Of a stretch of DNA of 64,000 bases, positions 1 to 12,789 are shown piece after piece. The DNA is from Lama glama (lineage: Eukaryota): positions 30,382,001 to 30,446,000 of the forward strand of contig CM052818.1 of the NCBI GenBank assembly GCA_028534125.1. Reading direction: 5' to 3'. The first letter of the stretch is position 1. The number at the start of each line of letters is the position of its first letter. Position numbers and translations under genes: made by a program. Below the pieces are notes generated by a model. The model was not told the origin of the DNA and did no database searches. It saw only the letters and a list, made by a program, of their open reading frames with translations.

Positions 1-560
1 TGATCCAGCACTTTTACTTTTAGATAGATTCCAGAGAAGCTCTTTAACACATGTTCATGAGAGACTTGAAGCATTGTATAATAACAGTGAAGCATTGGAA
101 ACAACCATAATGTCTGTAAACCAGAAAATGAGTGGATAAATTTGGGTATACTCATACATTACAGTACTATACAGCATTGATAATGAGTAAATTAGAGCTA
201 CATCTATCAATATGAATTTTTAAAAATAATGTGACTAAAACAAGTTGCAGAAGAACATGTATATTTATATAACATGTAAAAACATACAGAACAAAATAAT
301 TTTATCTGTGATTATATATATTAGTAAATGTACAATGCAGCAATGAGCACCAGAATCAGAAAGTGGTTACCTTGGTTACCTTAGGTGGGAGGTACATAAT
401 CAGGAAGGGATTCAACTGTATCTTTAATAATTTATTTCTTAATAAAGGAAAATCTTAAGTAAATAAGAATGTTAAGATAATTTATTTGAGCAGTCAATCC
501 ATGGGTGTTTGCCATATTATTATCTAGATTCTTTTGTAATGTTTAAATATTTTATGATTA
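1..560 (+). mobile_element. Old L1 (L1M-type) 3' fragment
   Basis: Degenerate L1 3' motifs: 'ttggaaacaacc', 'ggataaatttgggtata', 'agtggttacc'. Confidence 0.55.
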
Positions 561-1961
561 AAAGTTTTAAAAGAGAGAGAGCCAGAGAAAAGGGGGCCAG
601 AGAAATGGGTGATAGCTGGGGGGATATCAGTTTGCTAGTATTGCATATTTGCAGGCTAATGGTAATGATCTACTAAAAAGGGCCAAGTTAGTGCAGGAGA
701 CTGGGACAGTTGTAAGACCAGAGTCCTTTAGTAAGAAAAACAAAGTGGGATCCAGTACAGAATCAATTTGTTTGGCTTTTGATAGGAGCAACGACAATTT
801 GTTGAAACAGGAGGGAAAGCAGAATAAGTGGTAGGAAGGGGAAGTAGTTCTCTTCTGAATTTATGGTGACTAACGTTCAGGTTTGCCTGGAACTGAGGTT
901 TTCCAGGATGCAGGACTTTCAGTGCTAAAACTGGGAATGTCCTGAGCAAACCAGGATGGTTGGCCATTCTACTTCTGCTTGTTTTTCCTTGACGAACTGA
1001 AAAACATGATCTTCTCCTAGGGTAGGAAGGGGATATGGTTTAAGGTAAAAGGACAAGCTATATGAAGTAGTTCTCTGTCTTAAAGATAGGGGACCAAATT
1101 CACTAGGTTGCTGTGGTATGATTTTTGAGCTTTGTTTATTAAGGGTCCACTGAAATTTTATGGGTGTAATTTCAAAGTTCATATGGCTATGTTTCTTTAC
1201 AGTCTCATTCAGCTGTTTAGGTGGAGGTGCTATATTAAGTGGAAGGTTGGTTTTAACAATGATTGGACTGTGACTGAGGAAGAGGAGCAATGGAGGGAGG
1301 CCATAGACAAGGGAATGATTATAGTGATAGACTGTTGCATCTTAGGATGGGGATAAGAAGTGAAGAAGAGAGGATTAAGGACAGTTGGAAAAATGACTCC
1401 AACAAATTTCTAGAAGTGAACTGGAATGATAGGAAGTGAAGATGGTGGGATGCTTGAAATTGAGATTTTTAAGGTGGCGTCATTACTCATTATTGATTTG
1501 ATGATGGGAATAGGGGGCTGGAATGAATGGAAGAAAAGGTCATTGGCGTGTGAATGATCACTCCATGGATGTGATTTTAATGATTAAGGCAGATTTTGGT
1601 GCTCTAAATAATATTCACTCAGTTATTTTCTTTTCATATGCTAATAGTTTACTGTTTCTTATTTTGTTTAATCATTGCCTCAAATTGTAGATTGTATCGT
1701 TCTCAAATGAAGACAGTTGTAAATATATAAGTAAATGGACAAAAGGAGATTTTGTTTAATCATTACTTGTCCTTATCATATGGCATGCTAGTAGAAACTT
1801 TGTAGTTGGTTAAGTTTTAAACATTAACATCCAAAATGATGGTCCACTGCCCATTAAGCTATTTTGGTCACAAATACTTTCAACGAGGACTTCATGGCAT
1901 GTATGGTTAACTGTACTACATTGCTTTGCCAACTCCAGTTTTCCTCCTTCTCTTTTTATAG

Positions 1962-2043
1962 GACCGCAGCTGAATGCACAGCTTGAAGGTTGGCTTTCAC
2001 AAGTACAATCTACAAAAAGACCTGCTAGAGCCATTATTGCACC
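1962..2043 (+). CDS. MEMO1: MEMO1 coding exon (1st in window; Gly21-Pro48)
   Basis: Acceptor ctttttatag| and donor |gtaagt. Translates (G)[26 protein letters not shown](P), matching recalled MEMO1. 82 nt, phase 1 to 2. Confidence 0.97.
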
Positions 2044-2689
2044 GTAAGTTTTAAGGGTCTTTACACATGATCTTTTGTATGTTAATTATTAATAAAGAAT
2101 GAATATGTATAGATTGAGCTAAAAATTAAAAATCACATGCTTTGTTGAACTGAAGAAATCATATTCATTAAATGTCATTCCTGTGGTCTTCACTTTAACT
2201 CAGGGATAAAGGAATTGGCCACTTCATTTTCTCAGATGTAGTAATTTCAAAATTTATTTTTGGTAATAAAACTGATTTTTAAAGCAGAGAGCTATTTATG
2301 TTAGGTAAGCTTTGTGATTTCAGTGGTATTTGGTACAAGTGAATAAGTTCTATTTTAAATATTAAAAATATATACTTTAATCACATAATTTTTAACTTAT
2401 AATGAAAAAGATGCGTTAAGCATAATATGGTGCAAAATGGAGTAGCAACCAGATTTTGGGGGGAGGGGTTTTTTTTTTATGAAGAAAATCTGACTATTTT
2501 GTCTTTCTGTACAGAAGGCTTTTTTAAACTGCAAGCTAGCAAACATACAGTTAATTATGTTTCTGTATATGATATGAATTCAGTTAATTTTGACCTGGTA
2601 AATGTTGGAGTTTGTGCTATTTCTCTCACAGCAACATATTTTATGTGACTTCTGTTGAGTTAAAATTGGTACTCTGATAAATAGTAAAC

Positions 2690-3030
2690 AGTGAATATAA
2701 TAATAGCAACCACTTATTAAACAATATGAGAATTAAATGAGTAAATGTAAAGAGCTTGCATTAATGTTTGGCACATGGTAAGTATTCCCTAAATGTTAGG
2801 TATTTCATATGCCAAACATTTTGTTAAATATTCTCTATGATCTAACTTGATCTCATGTAATAGACACAGGATGCTGACCAAAGTACTTAAAAACTATGTG
2901 ACATACAAGTTATTTAATCTCTTGTGCCTTTGTCTCATTGATAAAATTGGAATAATAATAGTACCTCCATATAGTTTTTTTGATGATTAAATGAGCTGAT
3001 CTGTATAAAACTTTTAGCATAATGACTTGC
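2690..3030. mobile_element. MIR fragments
   Basis: MIR core-like 'ttatttaatctcttgtgcctttgtctcattgataaaattggaataataatagtacctc' and 'tggcacatggtaagta'. Confidence 0.6.
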
Positions 3031-3032
3031 TG

Positions 3033-4660
3033 TTTATTTAGTCATTCAGCAAACATCTTCCAGTTTAAATGCCAGATACTCTTCTTTGTGCTGCTTTTTG
3101 AGTAAATCAAAATTGCTGCTCTCATAGTACATTTTATTCTCATGGTTGCATTTCAGTACTTGGGAAAGACAGACCATAAACAAATAATTCTATTCTGTGT
3201 CAAGTGCTGATGGGTGCTAAGAAAAATAAAGCAGATAAAGAGAACTGAGAGTTACAGGATGGGTTGGGAGTTGGTAGTTTGTGTAGGATAGTAAGAAAGG
3301 TCTCCGTGATAAGGTAACATTTGAGCCTAAATGATGAGAGAAGTTATGCAGATACCCAGGGAAAGAGGGTTTCAGGCTGAGGAACAACAAGAACAAAGGC
3401 CCTGGGGCAGGGTATGCTCAGTGTGTCTGAGGAAAAGTAAGGAGGCCAGTGTAGCTGGGGTGCCTGTGTGGGGAAGAGTAGTGGATGAGATAGGCAGCAG
3501 GGGCTAGATCACACAGAGGCTTTATAGGAGATCAGACAAACTTTGTTTTTTATTCCAAGAGATATGATTAGTGAGAAGTTTTGAGCAGAAAAGTGACACA
3601 ATCTAACTTAGGTTTGACAAGGATTACTCTTGCTGTATGGACTTTCTGTTTTGTGGGAGCAAGGAGTCCAATTTGGAGGCTTATTATAGTAGTAAAGAAA
3701 AGAGAGTGACATAATGGCTTTGACTGGGGGCTAGTGGTAGAGGTGATAAGAAGCAGTGTACTGGATATATTTCGAAGGTAGGACTGATAAAATGGAAGAA
3801 GAGTCCAGGATGACTTTTTTAAGTTTTAGCTTGTGGAAGTGTAAGGATGAAATTGCTTTTATACTAGTTAAAGGAAAAAGCATGATTGGAGGTGGGGAGT
3901 GGATTTGAAGTGTGTATATAGAACCTAAGGTTTTATTTTGTTAATGTTGAGATGCCTATTAGGTATCTAAGTGGGGATTTCTAATGGGTGTCTAGATATA
4001 TGAATCTGGAGTACAGGGATGAAGGGCCAGGCTCTTTTGGTGTATCACACTTACACAGGTAAGTGTGTAACTTATCACACATGAAGTCTAAAAAGACTGG
4101 TTGCCTAGGGAGTAAAATAGAGAAGAAATTCAGAAACTAAGTGCTTAGGAAAGCCAACTTTGTTTAGAGGTCAGGGTGAAGATGAGTATTTGTAAAAGAG
4201 ATTCTGAAGAAAGACCAGTGAGGAAGGATGAAAACCAAGAATGAGTGATGTCTCTGGGAGGCAAAAGCATGAAAACATGTCAGGTAGGAGAAAATGATCA
4301 TCACTTGTGTTAGAACCTGTCAATAGGTCAAATCAGTTGAGGACTGATAACTGGATACTGTGGAGATTACTGGTTATTTTAATAAGAACAATTTCTGTGG
4401 AGTGATGGCGATGAAAGCATAACTGGAGTGGGTTCAAGAAAGAATCAAGGAAGGAAATGAAGACATAGTTTTTTTTAGGAACTTTGATATAAATCAAGGA
4501 AATAGGTCAATGGGAATATGGATTCAGGTGAGAATTTTTATTTGGGGTGGGAGATACTGAAGTGTTTATAATGTTGATGACATGATTCAGTAGAGAAAGA
4601 AAAATTGATGCAGGGATAAGATAGAAAGTTTGTATAAGTGAGATCGATTGGGGGAGAAAC
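3033..4660 (-). mobile_element. L2 fragment
   Basis: Begins 'tttatttagtcattcagcaaacat' (reverse complement of the L2 3' end), followed by the purine-rich L2 body ('gaggccagtgtagctggg', 'ttttgagcag'). Confidence 0.7.
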
Positions 4661-5868
4661 AATGGAGTAATAATCATCTCTTTATAGTATGTCATGAGGT
4701 AATTCTATTGTCATTCCCATTACTTTGCTAGTATTTGACTATTATGGAGTACTACCTTGCTAGTTAAAACTTGTTCTAAATGTGGGAGCTGAGCTGAATC
4801 AACATATAATTAAATTGAAGTTAGTTATTCATAACAAAGTAGCTAGCCTTGTTTCCTTCTTGTAGTTAGTTTTAAACTGAAATCATTGGAAATGGCCTGG
4901 GGAATGAAATGTTTAAGCCTAAGTTATAGATATATTGATTTGTAAAATATTTCCAGTTACCTTAGGTTTTAAAATGATTTTTGAAAATAATTTGGCTTTG
5001 ATATGCATGTTTCTGCTGTTTAGTGACTTTGTAGTTATTTTTATGCATATATAGGCAATTTCTACTTTGATAATATATGATAACTTTAAGTATAGTCAAG
5101 TTCATCTTTTTATATGGTTTCCAGAGATAAGTATTTTCTTTTCCAGAGTTACTTTTTTTTTTTTGAGGTAGAAGAGCAACAGCAAATATTTTATTGTTAT
5201 GTAAGCGCAGAAGGGTCTTTGTAAGGACATACTTACATAAACCTTAAAATTTTAAGACTTCTATTTATATTTCAAATAAAAAATATACTTTAAGTTTTAT
5301 AAATTCTAGCTCATTGGGACCACCTTTTCTTAGATTCTGCCTTCACAGGAATAAAGCATATTAGGGAAACTTAAAAAAAAATTAGAACCTAGATAGCATA
5401 CTTTTGAAAATGCTTAAACAGATTGCTCTTTTTTTTTTTAATACTGATGTAGATTAAATAGAGTAATTTCATTAAAGAATAAATATTGACCCATAAACCA
5501 ACTGTTTGATCAATCTTAATTCTAAACAGTCACATTTGGGGGAGGGATTGAAAAGAATTGAACTTGACTAAAACATATCCTTTGGTTGAATTTAGAATTA
5601 CCTTACTTTCCTTGAGGCACAGGAGATAGTATGTGGCCCAGGGATATAAACTGAAATGATCTTATGAACTAGGAGTTCCAAAAGCCTTCCTACCATGATT
5701 GCCAGACACCTTGATGCCAAAATTGTTGTTTACCTTGCAGTATTCAGGAATTTCTCAGCAAACCTTAGAATGGAGCTGTACAGGTGTGCATCACTTAAGA
5801 AACCTCTTATTAAATATAAAAATATAAACAGTTAATTGTGGAGGGGGCTTAATTTACATGACAAAGTT

Positions 5869-6003
5869 TTTTTGTTTTTGTTTTTGTTTTTGTTTTTGTT
5901 TTTGTTTTTGTTTTTGTTTTTGTTTTAATGAAGGTACTAGAGATTAAACCCAGGACCTTGTGCAGGCTAAGTATGCGCTCTGTCACTGAGCTATATGTAC
6001 TCC
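5869..6003 (-). mobile_element. tRNA-derived SINE (camelid Vic-type) with expanded (GTTTTT)n tail
   Basis: Reverse complement reads 'tatagctcagtgacagagcgcatacttagcctgcacaaggtcctgggtttaatc' (A and B boxes). About 9 GTTTTT units at 5874-5926. Short flanking repeat caaagtt at 5862 and 6004. Confidence 0.85.
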
Positions 6004-6917
6004 CAAAGTTACTTTTTTATTATAAAGCACAGACTATGAATACTGAAGCAACCCCCTCACCCCCCATTCATACATTTGAAATAGAGTCTAATTTGTTAGT
6101 GGTTAATCTCTTAGACATAGTATGGAATAAGGATACTTTCACTTTTTATTGTGTATCCTTTTTTATTGTTTGACTTTTTTACTGTGTGCATGTGTTACTT
6201 TTAATACAAAAACTAGTTAAAAAAATTTAAAAGCTAAGAAACATTTATATAGAAAGTCAGTTTGTATATAGTGAAGCATTCCTGCAGAGCTCTACCAGTG
6301 CATATCACAAGACAATGAATCTTCATAAATTATGTAGTTAATTTAAGTTACTGGAGATGTGCTACTTATTTCTCATCCTTGTCTATATTAAACAGTAGGT
6401 TATTCACGGCAATATCTCAAATCCTGTATATTCTAGCAGTAAAAAAAAAACTTGATATGCAACAGTGTGGTTAGTTTATTCTTACTTAACTTTTGTTTTT
6501 CTCTAAACGTTCTTTATTGAGCACTGTTGAAACTTGTGAATTATGATTTAACTATAATTTTATAGAAGGCAAAATCAAAGTACTTAATGGCTCACTTTCT
6601 ACTACTTTTATTTTTCATTTTATTAACTCAATATTTAGAATTTAAAATGTATGATTCTGAAGTTGGAAATCATTGAATAAAATTTAGCAATTTATAAATG
6701 CAGTTATTTTCTTTTATTTGACTTTTTAGCTCATAATATTGTTGACTTTTTTGTGAGATTCCATTTTGTAAAAAAAACCTGGACTTTTTGATATAATCAT
6801 CTGCTAATATTTTTTATTGAAGTAGGAATCTTGAGGGGGCATCGAACAGTATCGTTGAAAGAAAAGTTTAAAAGGGTAGGTGCAGCAAAATAAAATTGAC
6901 AGAGTCTATATGGAGAT

Positions 6918-6945
6918 TGCTGCTTCTGCAAACAGTAGGGGGCAG
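6918..6945 (+). promoter_or_regulatory. Candidate CTCF site
   Basis: Core ACAGTAGGGGGCAG (6932-6945) is one mismatch from CCASYAGRKGGCRS. An upstream-motif-like TGCTGCTTC lies 5 nt before it. Confidence 0.5.
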
Positions 6946-8241
6946 TTGTCATTCAGGTTGGTCCTGTATATTCACAGTTGTTTTTAAAGTTAGTTTCTAG
7001 CTTTGTAGATCGAATCAACTTTAGGTTACAAACTCTTCTTATTATTGAAGGAGATCTCATTTCATCTAACCTTCTCATTTTATCTAGTCCAGTCTTTTTA
7101 TTTTGCATTTTTGCTGCTATTAAGTAGAAGTAGGACTTAGAGAACCTGACTTTGTTGAATTCAAGTTAAGTGTTCTTTTATTAGTCCCTGTATCCTCTGA
7201 TGAAAAGCCTTTTGTAGAATGTGTGGTAGATTCTTGGTATTCACAGTTGATACTATTTACCTGCAGCCTTGAAGGTCTCAGAATGAACAAGTGAAAGTCC
7301 ATGTCACATAGTGATTGGTGTTTTTCCTGACATAGGAATTTAAATTACACCACACTACTGTATGGAAAACTGTCACTTAACCAGTGAGTGATTTTGGACA
7401 GTGGCCTTGTATCCTCATTTAATTGCAGCTCTTGAGGGACACAGAAATTCTGGTAGGTTAGGAGCTGGACTTGCTGATGTAAAGGATCTGCTGTGTAGGA
7501 GTAAGGGCTGAAGCAAAAGTACTCCATGTTAAAAGAAGTATCAGCCTTAAGAGGCATGGTTTTAACCTAATGAAAAATTATAGATATTAAAGTATAATTT
7601 TATTTTGTTTTCATGAGAAGTTATATTGGGAACCAGAGTGACCTGGAACAGCTAGCAAGGATGACTTTATTAAGTATTTTAAGAACTTTTAAAAGATTGA
7701 TTTGGACACACTTTTATAATGCATTTTCAGATATCTGTAGAGCTCGAAGTTTCATTGCTTTTCTGATTTATGCACAAAAGAAAACTTATTTGTTCCCTTA
7801 ATGAAGCCTCTTTTATTATGAATGACTCCTTAATGGAAGCTGTTTCCACATACATGTAGAATCATATATTTTCTTAGCAAGAAAAGGGTATAGGAACAGA
7901 GGATCATTGATGAGATTTGATGATAATTACTATGACTTTGTCATTACCATATATATAGGCCAGGATAAAAGAAAGTATTAGAAATTCTTCTTTGACGATT
8001 ATCTTGGTCCTTTCATTAAGTAGAGTTCTTCATGATGGGAGTTAAGAGGGATGGTATACTTAATGATTTTTAAAAAAAGATACTCTGTGCTATATCCTCT
8101 GTCCAAGTGAAGACTATTCATCTCTTATTACAACTATTTTGTCTTTACTTCAAGTAGACTTTTAAGCCTTCAGCTTCAGAAAGGACTGAAACCAAGAAAT
8201 CTGGGTTCTATTAGAAAACAAGTTGACCTCAGTTAATTGTG

Positions 8242-8424
8242 GGGTATTGTTTTTGTCTTTGTTTGTTTTGTTGGGGGAGGGAATTAGGTTTGTTTATTTA
8301 TTTATTTATTCATTCAATCATTCATTCATTCATGCTTAGGGAAGGTACTGGGGATTGAACCCAGAACCTCACACGTATGCTAAGCTCGTGCTCTACCACT
8401 TGAGCTGTATACCCTGCCCACCCT
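8242..8424 (-). mobile_element. tRNA-derived SINE (camelid Vic-type), long-tail form
   Basis: 'gggattgaacccagaacctc...ctctaccacttgagctgtata' with tail 'gggggagggaattaggttt' plus (TTTA)/(TTCA). 11-bp TSD agttaattgtg at 8231 and 8425. Confidence 0.88.
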
Positions 8425-8574
8425 AGTTAATTGTGTTTTAAAAATTATCATCCTTCCTTATAGTCTTACCAGTAGGATACATGATTCTTAAGTAGTCTTC
8501 CAATTGTCAGGCTTGTTGCTTTTCCTGCTTTGTGGACTCTTGACTCCTTCTGTTCTTCCTTCAGAGATGTGAAG

Positions 8575-8805
8575 GTCTCTAACGGTGGTTAAGAGTGGGT
8601 CTTGGAGCTCTGCTGCCTGGCTTTTAAGTCCTGGAGTGCCACTATTTGACCTTGAGCACGTGTGTTAACCTTTCTCCTTTAGTTTTTTCATCTATAAAAT
8701 GAGAAAAATAATAATTCCTATCTCATAGAGTTGTCAATGAGTAATGCTTTGAGTTTTTGTAGAAGAGTGCCTGACATGCAGTAAGCACTCAGAAATGTTA
8801 GTTGT
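8575..8805 (+). mobile_element. MIR
   Basis: 'gtggttaagagtgggtcttggagc...tgaccttgagc...tcatctataaaatgag...tgcctgacatgcagtaagcactcagaaatgttag'. Confidence 0.8.
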
Positions 8806-10129
8806 CACCACTATCATAACTGTCCTCTTCCTCTTCTTAATGCTTGGTCACTAAGATATGTCAGTTTTTCTTTTTAGACCCTAGACCATTGATTTCTCTT
8901 TTTCCACTGGCACTGACACTGTTCTAGACTGTGATGTTACTACCTCATGCCACAATTTGCTAGAGACTTTCACTTAACACCTGCTGCCTCTAATACATCC
9001 TTTGTGCTTGTGTTTTTCAGTACTAGACTAATTCCAGTTTCATACTGTCACTCCCTTGCTCAAGAGCATACAGCAGATTTTCAGTTGTTTTATCAAGCCC
9101 AAATTCCTCTGTCCGACCCTGGCTTAATTAGCATTACTCTCTTATTCCACTCAGGCTAGTGTCGTATTTTCTCATCTACATCATATACTTGGACATTTGC
9201 TCATATTCTTCTTTCAACCTTTATGCCCTTCCTTTCTGCCTTTACCCTTCTACTTTTTATATTTCTGTTGTATCCATACTTCAAGAATCCAGTGTTTCTA
9301 AGAAGCCTCTATGGCATGTAAGAACTGAGCTTGGGTAGGAAGAGCATTGGTAAAACTGAGAGAGACTCAGACTAGAAAGACAGGTTGATTTACAGATCAG
9401 AGTATATACTGGGGTTCAGGGCCATTAAATTGAAGAAGGGCAAATAGGAACTAAGGTCTGAAAAGCAAATCTAAGATGAAGGACCAGTTTTAAGGTAAAG
9501 ATTGAAAAGTGGGAGGGATGTGAAATGAATGACAACTGAGAGCAAAATGATATCGAAAATCTGAGGTGTCATTCAGGTTTGAGACAGACCAGGGAAGATC
9601 CAGATGGATCAGATGGTTTTTAAGGTCCACATGGCCAGGCAAGATAATGTATTTCTGAATTGAGATAGGGGAGCCAAGTAATATTAAGATCATATGTAAA
9701 AAATAGGTTTTAGGAATCTGAAGCAGTCAGATGGAGTCTTGGGCATTGGAAGACTGGGGACATAACTGGATAAAATAGAGCCCCTGGTTAGGCTAGAGTA
9801 TCAAGATCTGTACAGGATGACAGCAAAACTGAATGTACTGAGCCATAGAACAGCTTAAATTTCCTTATGATTAAGATTAGAACTGGATTGTGCGAATATT
9901 GCTATATTGAGGCAACTTGATAGGCTACCTTGCCAGAGGTGTAGTGTAAGGATGGAGGGACCATCATTGATCTGACCATTAAAGCCTTTGGTGATTTCAG
10001 TGTACTTAGTATATGACCCATATTGCTCTACCCCTGATTAAGCACACCACTATCTTGTATGGCTGTGACTGACTTACGTGAATCTCTTTTTCTGTATTCA
10101 TATCTTAAGTTAGTTCAGATGAGTACCAT

Positions 10130-11300
10130 TTTAAAAATAGAGCTTTATTGTGGTATGATTAACATTCAGCTGTGTATAAAGTGTACAATTTGATAAATTT
10201 GAAATATGTATATACCTGTTAAATCATTACTACAATTAAGATAATGAACATATTTATCATCTTCAGAAGTTTCCTTGTGTCCTTTTGTAATTCTTCCCTG
10301 TGTTCCTCTCTGCCCCTCCTCCACCCTCTCAGGTCCACTGATTTACTTTCTGTCACTAGAGTAGTTTTTATTTTCTAGAGTTTTTAAAATGGAATCACAC
10401 AGTATGAACCCTTTTTGTCTGGCTTCTCTCACTCAGCGTATTTATTTTTTATTTTTACCACTTTTTAAGCAAAATTATTTTGAGTGTGTCAGTAGTTTAT
10501 TCCTTTCTATTGCTGAAGAATTTTCTTTTGTATGGATATACCTCAGTTTGTTTATCCATTGACCTTCTGAGGGATATTTAGCTAGTTTTTGTGTATATTG
10601 CAAACAAAACTGGGGTGAATATTTGTGTACAAATCTTTGTGTGGACATAATGCTTAATTTTTTTTTTCCAGGAGTAGGATAGCTGGCAGGAGTTATATGG
10701 CAGAAGTTTGTTTAGCTTTTTAAGAAATTGCCAAACTGTTTTCCAGAGTAGTTGTACCGTTTCACATTTCCGCAAGTACAGATTGAGTTTCAGTTCTATA
10801 TCCTTGCTGCACTTGGTATGGTCACTCATTTTAATTTTAGCTTATTCTAGTGAGTGTTTAGTGGTAACTCATTGTAGTTTTAATTTGCCTGTCTTCTTTA
10901 ATGGCTAACAGATGTAGAGCCTTCTGTGTGCTTTTTGCCATTCCAGTGTATTCTTTGGTGAAAATATCTGTTAACATCTTCTCCTATTTAAAACTTTAAA
11001 AAAAATTCTGTTAAGAGACATGTAACATAAAATTTACCATCTTAACCATTTTTAACCATTTATATGATAGTGTTAAATGCATTCACATTGTTGTGCAACC
11101 AACCTTCAGAACTCTTTGTCTTGTAAAATAGTTACCTATTTTTTTAAAGAAGTATTAGGTTGTTTTGAAATTTCTTTACATATTAAGCTATGAATCTTTT
11201 ATCAGATATATGCTTTTTCTTTATATATTCAAATATAAATCCTTTATCACATATATGCTTTACAAATATTTTCTCCCAGTCGTGTTTTGTCTTTTTCAGT
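10130..11300 (-). mobile_element. Old L1 (L1M-type) 3' region with a small nested L1 piece (~11000-11130)
   Basis: L1 3' UTR motifs. ORF 10578..10829(-) contains the ORF2 C-terminal motif 'VQLLWKTVWQFLKKLN'. Confidence 0.8.
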
Positions 11301-11311
11301 TTACTGTGCAT

Positions 11312-11836
11312 CTTGAAATTGGCCATGATGAGAATGATTTACTCCATATTAACAGGCAGATTGCTACAAATCAGGGCTTTATTTTTTGTTGATTGTCAGT
11401 GCTAAAGAAAAGTAATGGGGAAAAGTAAATAACGCAGATTAAACTTAAAATTGTGTTGTGTCTGTAGCCTTTATATTGTGAATAGCACAAAAAAGTGAGG
11501 AAGGAAATATACTTTCCAGTATTGGAAGAACTATTGTCTACCAAGCAAAGAAATCATTCAAGTTGTTGAATGAGTGAAATTGTTTCACTCTTGTCATTTG
11601 CAACTATCACAAGGCTATGGGTAAAAGAGTTCAGCTAAAATCAGTGAAATCATTCTGGGACAATTGGTTGCCTATGTGGAATTTGCAATGAAGAGTTTAT
11701 ATTTTTTATTGTTTGCAAATGTATGATACATATCTTTTTATTTTAGTAAAATTTAAAATAAGTTTATGTACATACGTGTACATATACATTTTTTTCCTGC
11801 AAAGCCAATTGTTAAACAGTTACCAGTCTACTACTG
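11312..11836. mobile_element. hAT-Tip100 DNA transposon remnant (Arthur1-like)
   Basis: 'cttgaaattggccatg...gctacaaatcagggc...gcagattaaacttaaaa', with terminus 'ttgttaaacagttaccagtctactactg'. Family assigned from recalled consensus. Confidence 0.6.
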
Positions 11837-12486
11837 GCCATACACTAAATTGTAAATGGTGAAGGTAAATGTTTCTAGATTCATGTAACTTGAGTGAAGA
11901 AAGAAAAATGAGGCTCTGAAACAAAGTCACTGTGTGGGTGATCAGAGAACCAATTTAATGCTGAAATCAGAGGATGAGAAGGATGGGATGAATAGTAGGG
12001 AGATCAAATGAAAGGCATAATAATACACAGAAGGCCAAGACAGTTCTCTTCCCACTGAAGACACAAAGGGAAGTGAGTTGTTAGTTGTAGGATATTTGTT
12101 TTGCTGTGACTTGCTCTAATCTTACCATTTTGTGTAGATGATAGTTCGTTAATGGTATTGAAGAGGAAGGTTAAAAATGCACATGTTATTAGTGTTACAT
12201 TGGCAGCTTCAAGTAAGCCTTGAATATCTCCAACAAATCTAATTATCCTTTAGACCAAAAAAAATCACAAAATACATTTTAACATTTAAAACTGGAACAC
12301 AGAAGAATAATATGTTCCCTGTTATCTTCTAGAAAGTTGCATCATTAGCTAGATTGCTTTTTAATCTATACACACACTTTGTTATGTTAACCGTAATTAT
12401 TGTATTTCTTTCAAGAGATTTTTTTCCCCAGAATAACTTGATTTTGAGTCTGATGATTAAGTTACACATTTTGTTTTGTTTTGTAG

Positions 12487-12555
12487 CCATGCAGGATATA
12501 CATACTGTGGGTCTTGTGCTGCTCATGCTTACAAACAAGTGGATCCATCTATTAC
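12487..12555 (+). CDS. MEMO1: MEMO1 coding exon (2nd; Pro48-Thr71, includes His49 and Tyr54)
   Basis: ttttgtag| ... |gtaagt. [22 protein letters not shown](T). 69 nt, phase 2 to 2. Confidence 0.97.
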
Positions 12556-12789
12556 GTAAGTAACATAGTCAGATACCGTTTTGACCAGGTGGGAGAAGTT
12601 TGGGAGTTATATCATCATTGCTTTGGCACTCAAGCAGTTTGTCTTTACATACTTACTGTTATATACTCAATTTCATTATGAATTGACTTTACCTTATATG
12701 GATTATGAGAAGCTTTAATGCTGTTTTTCATTGTTGGAACAATTAGTTTTTATCTTCCCCTTTTTCGCTAAAATGTTTAGTTCTGGAAT

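Noticed and set aside
5829..8242. 13-mer cagttaattgtgg present next to the tails of two different SINEs (5829 and 8230)
   Set aside because: It is the TSD for only one of them. A single AT-rich match is compatible with chance.
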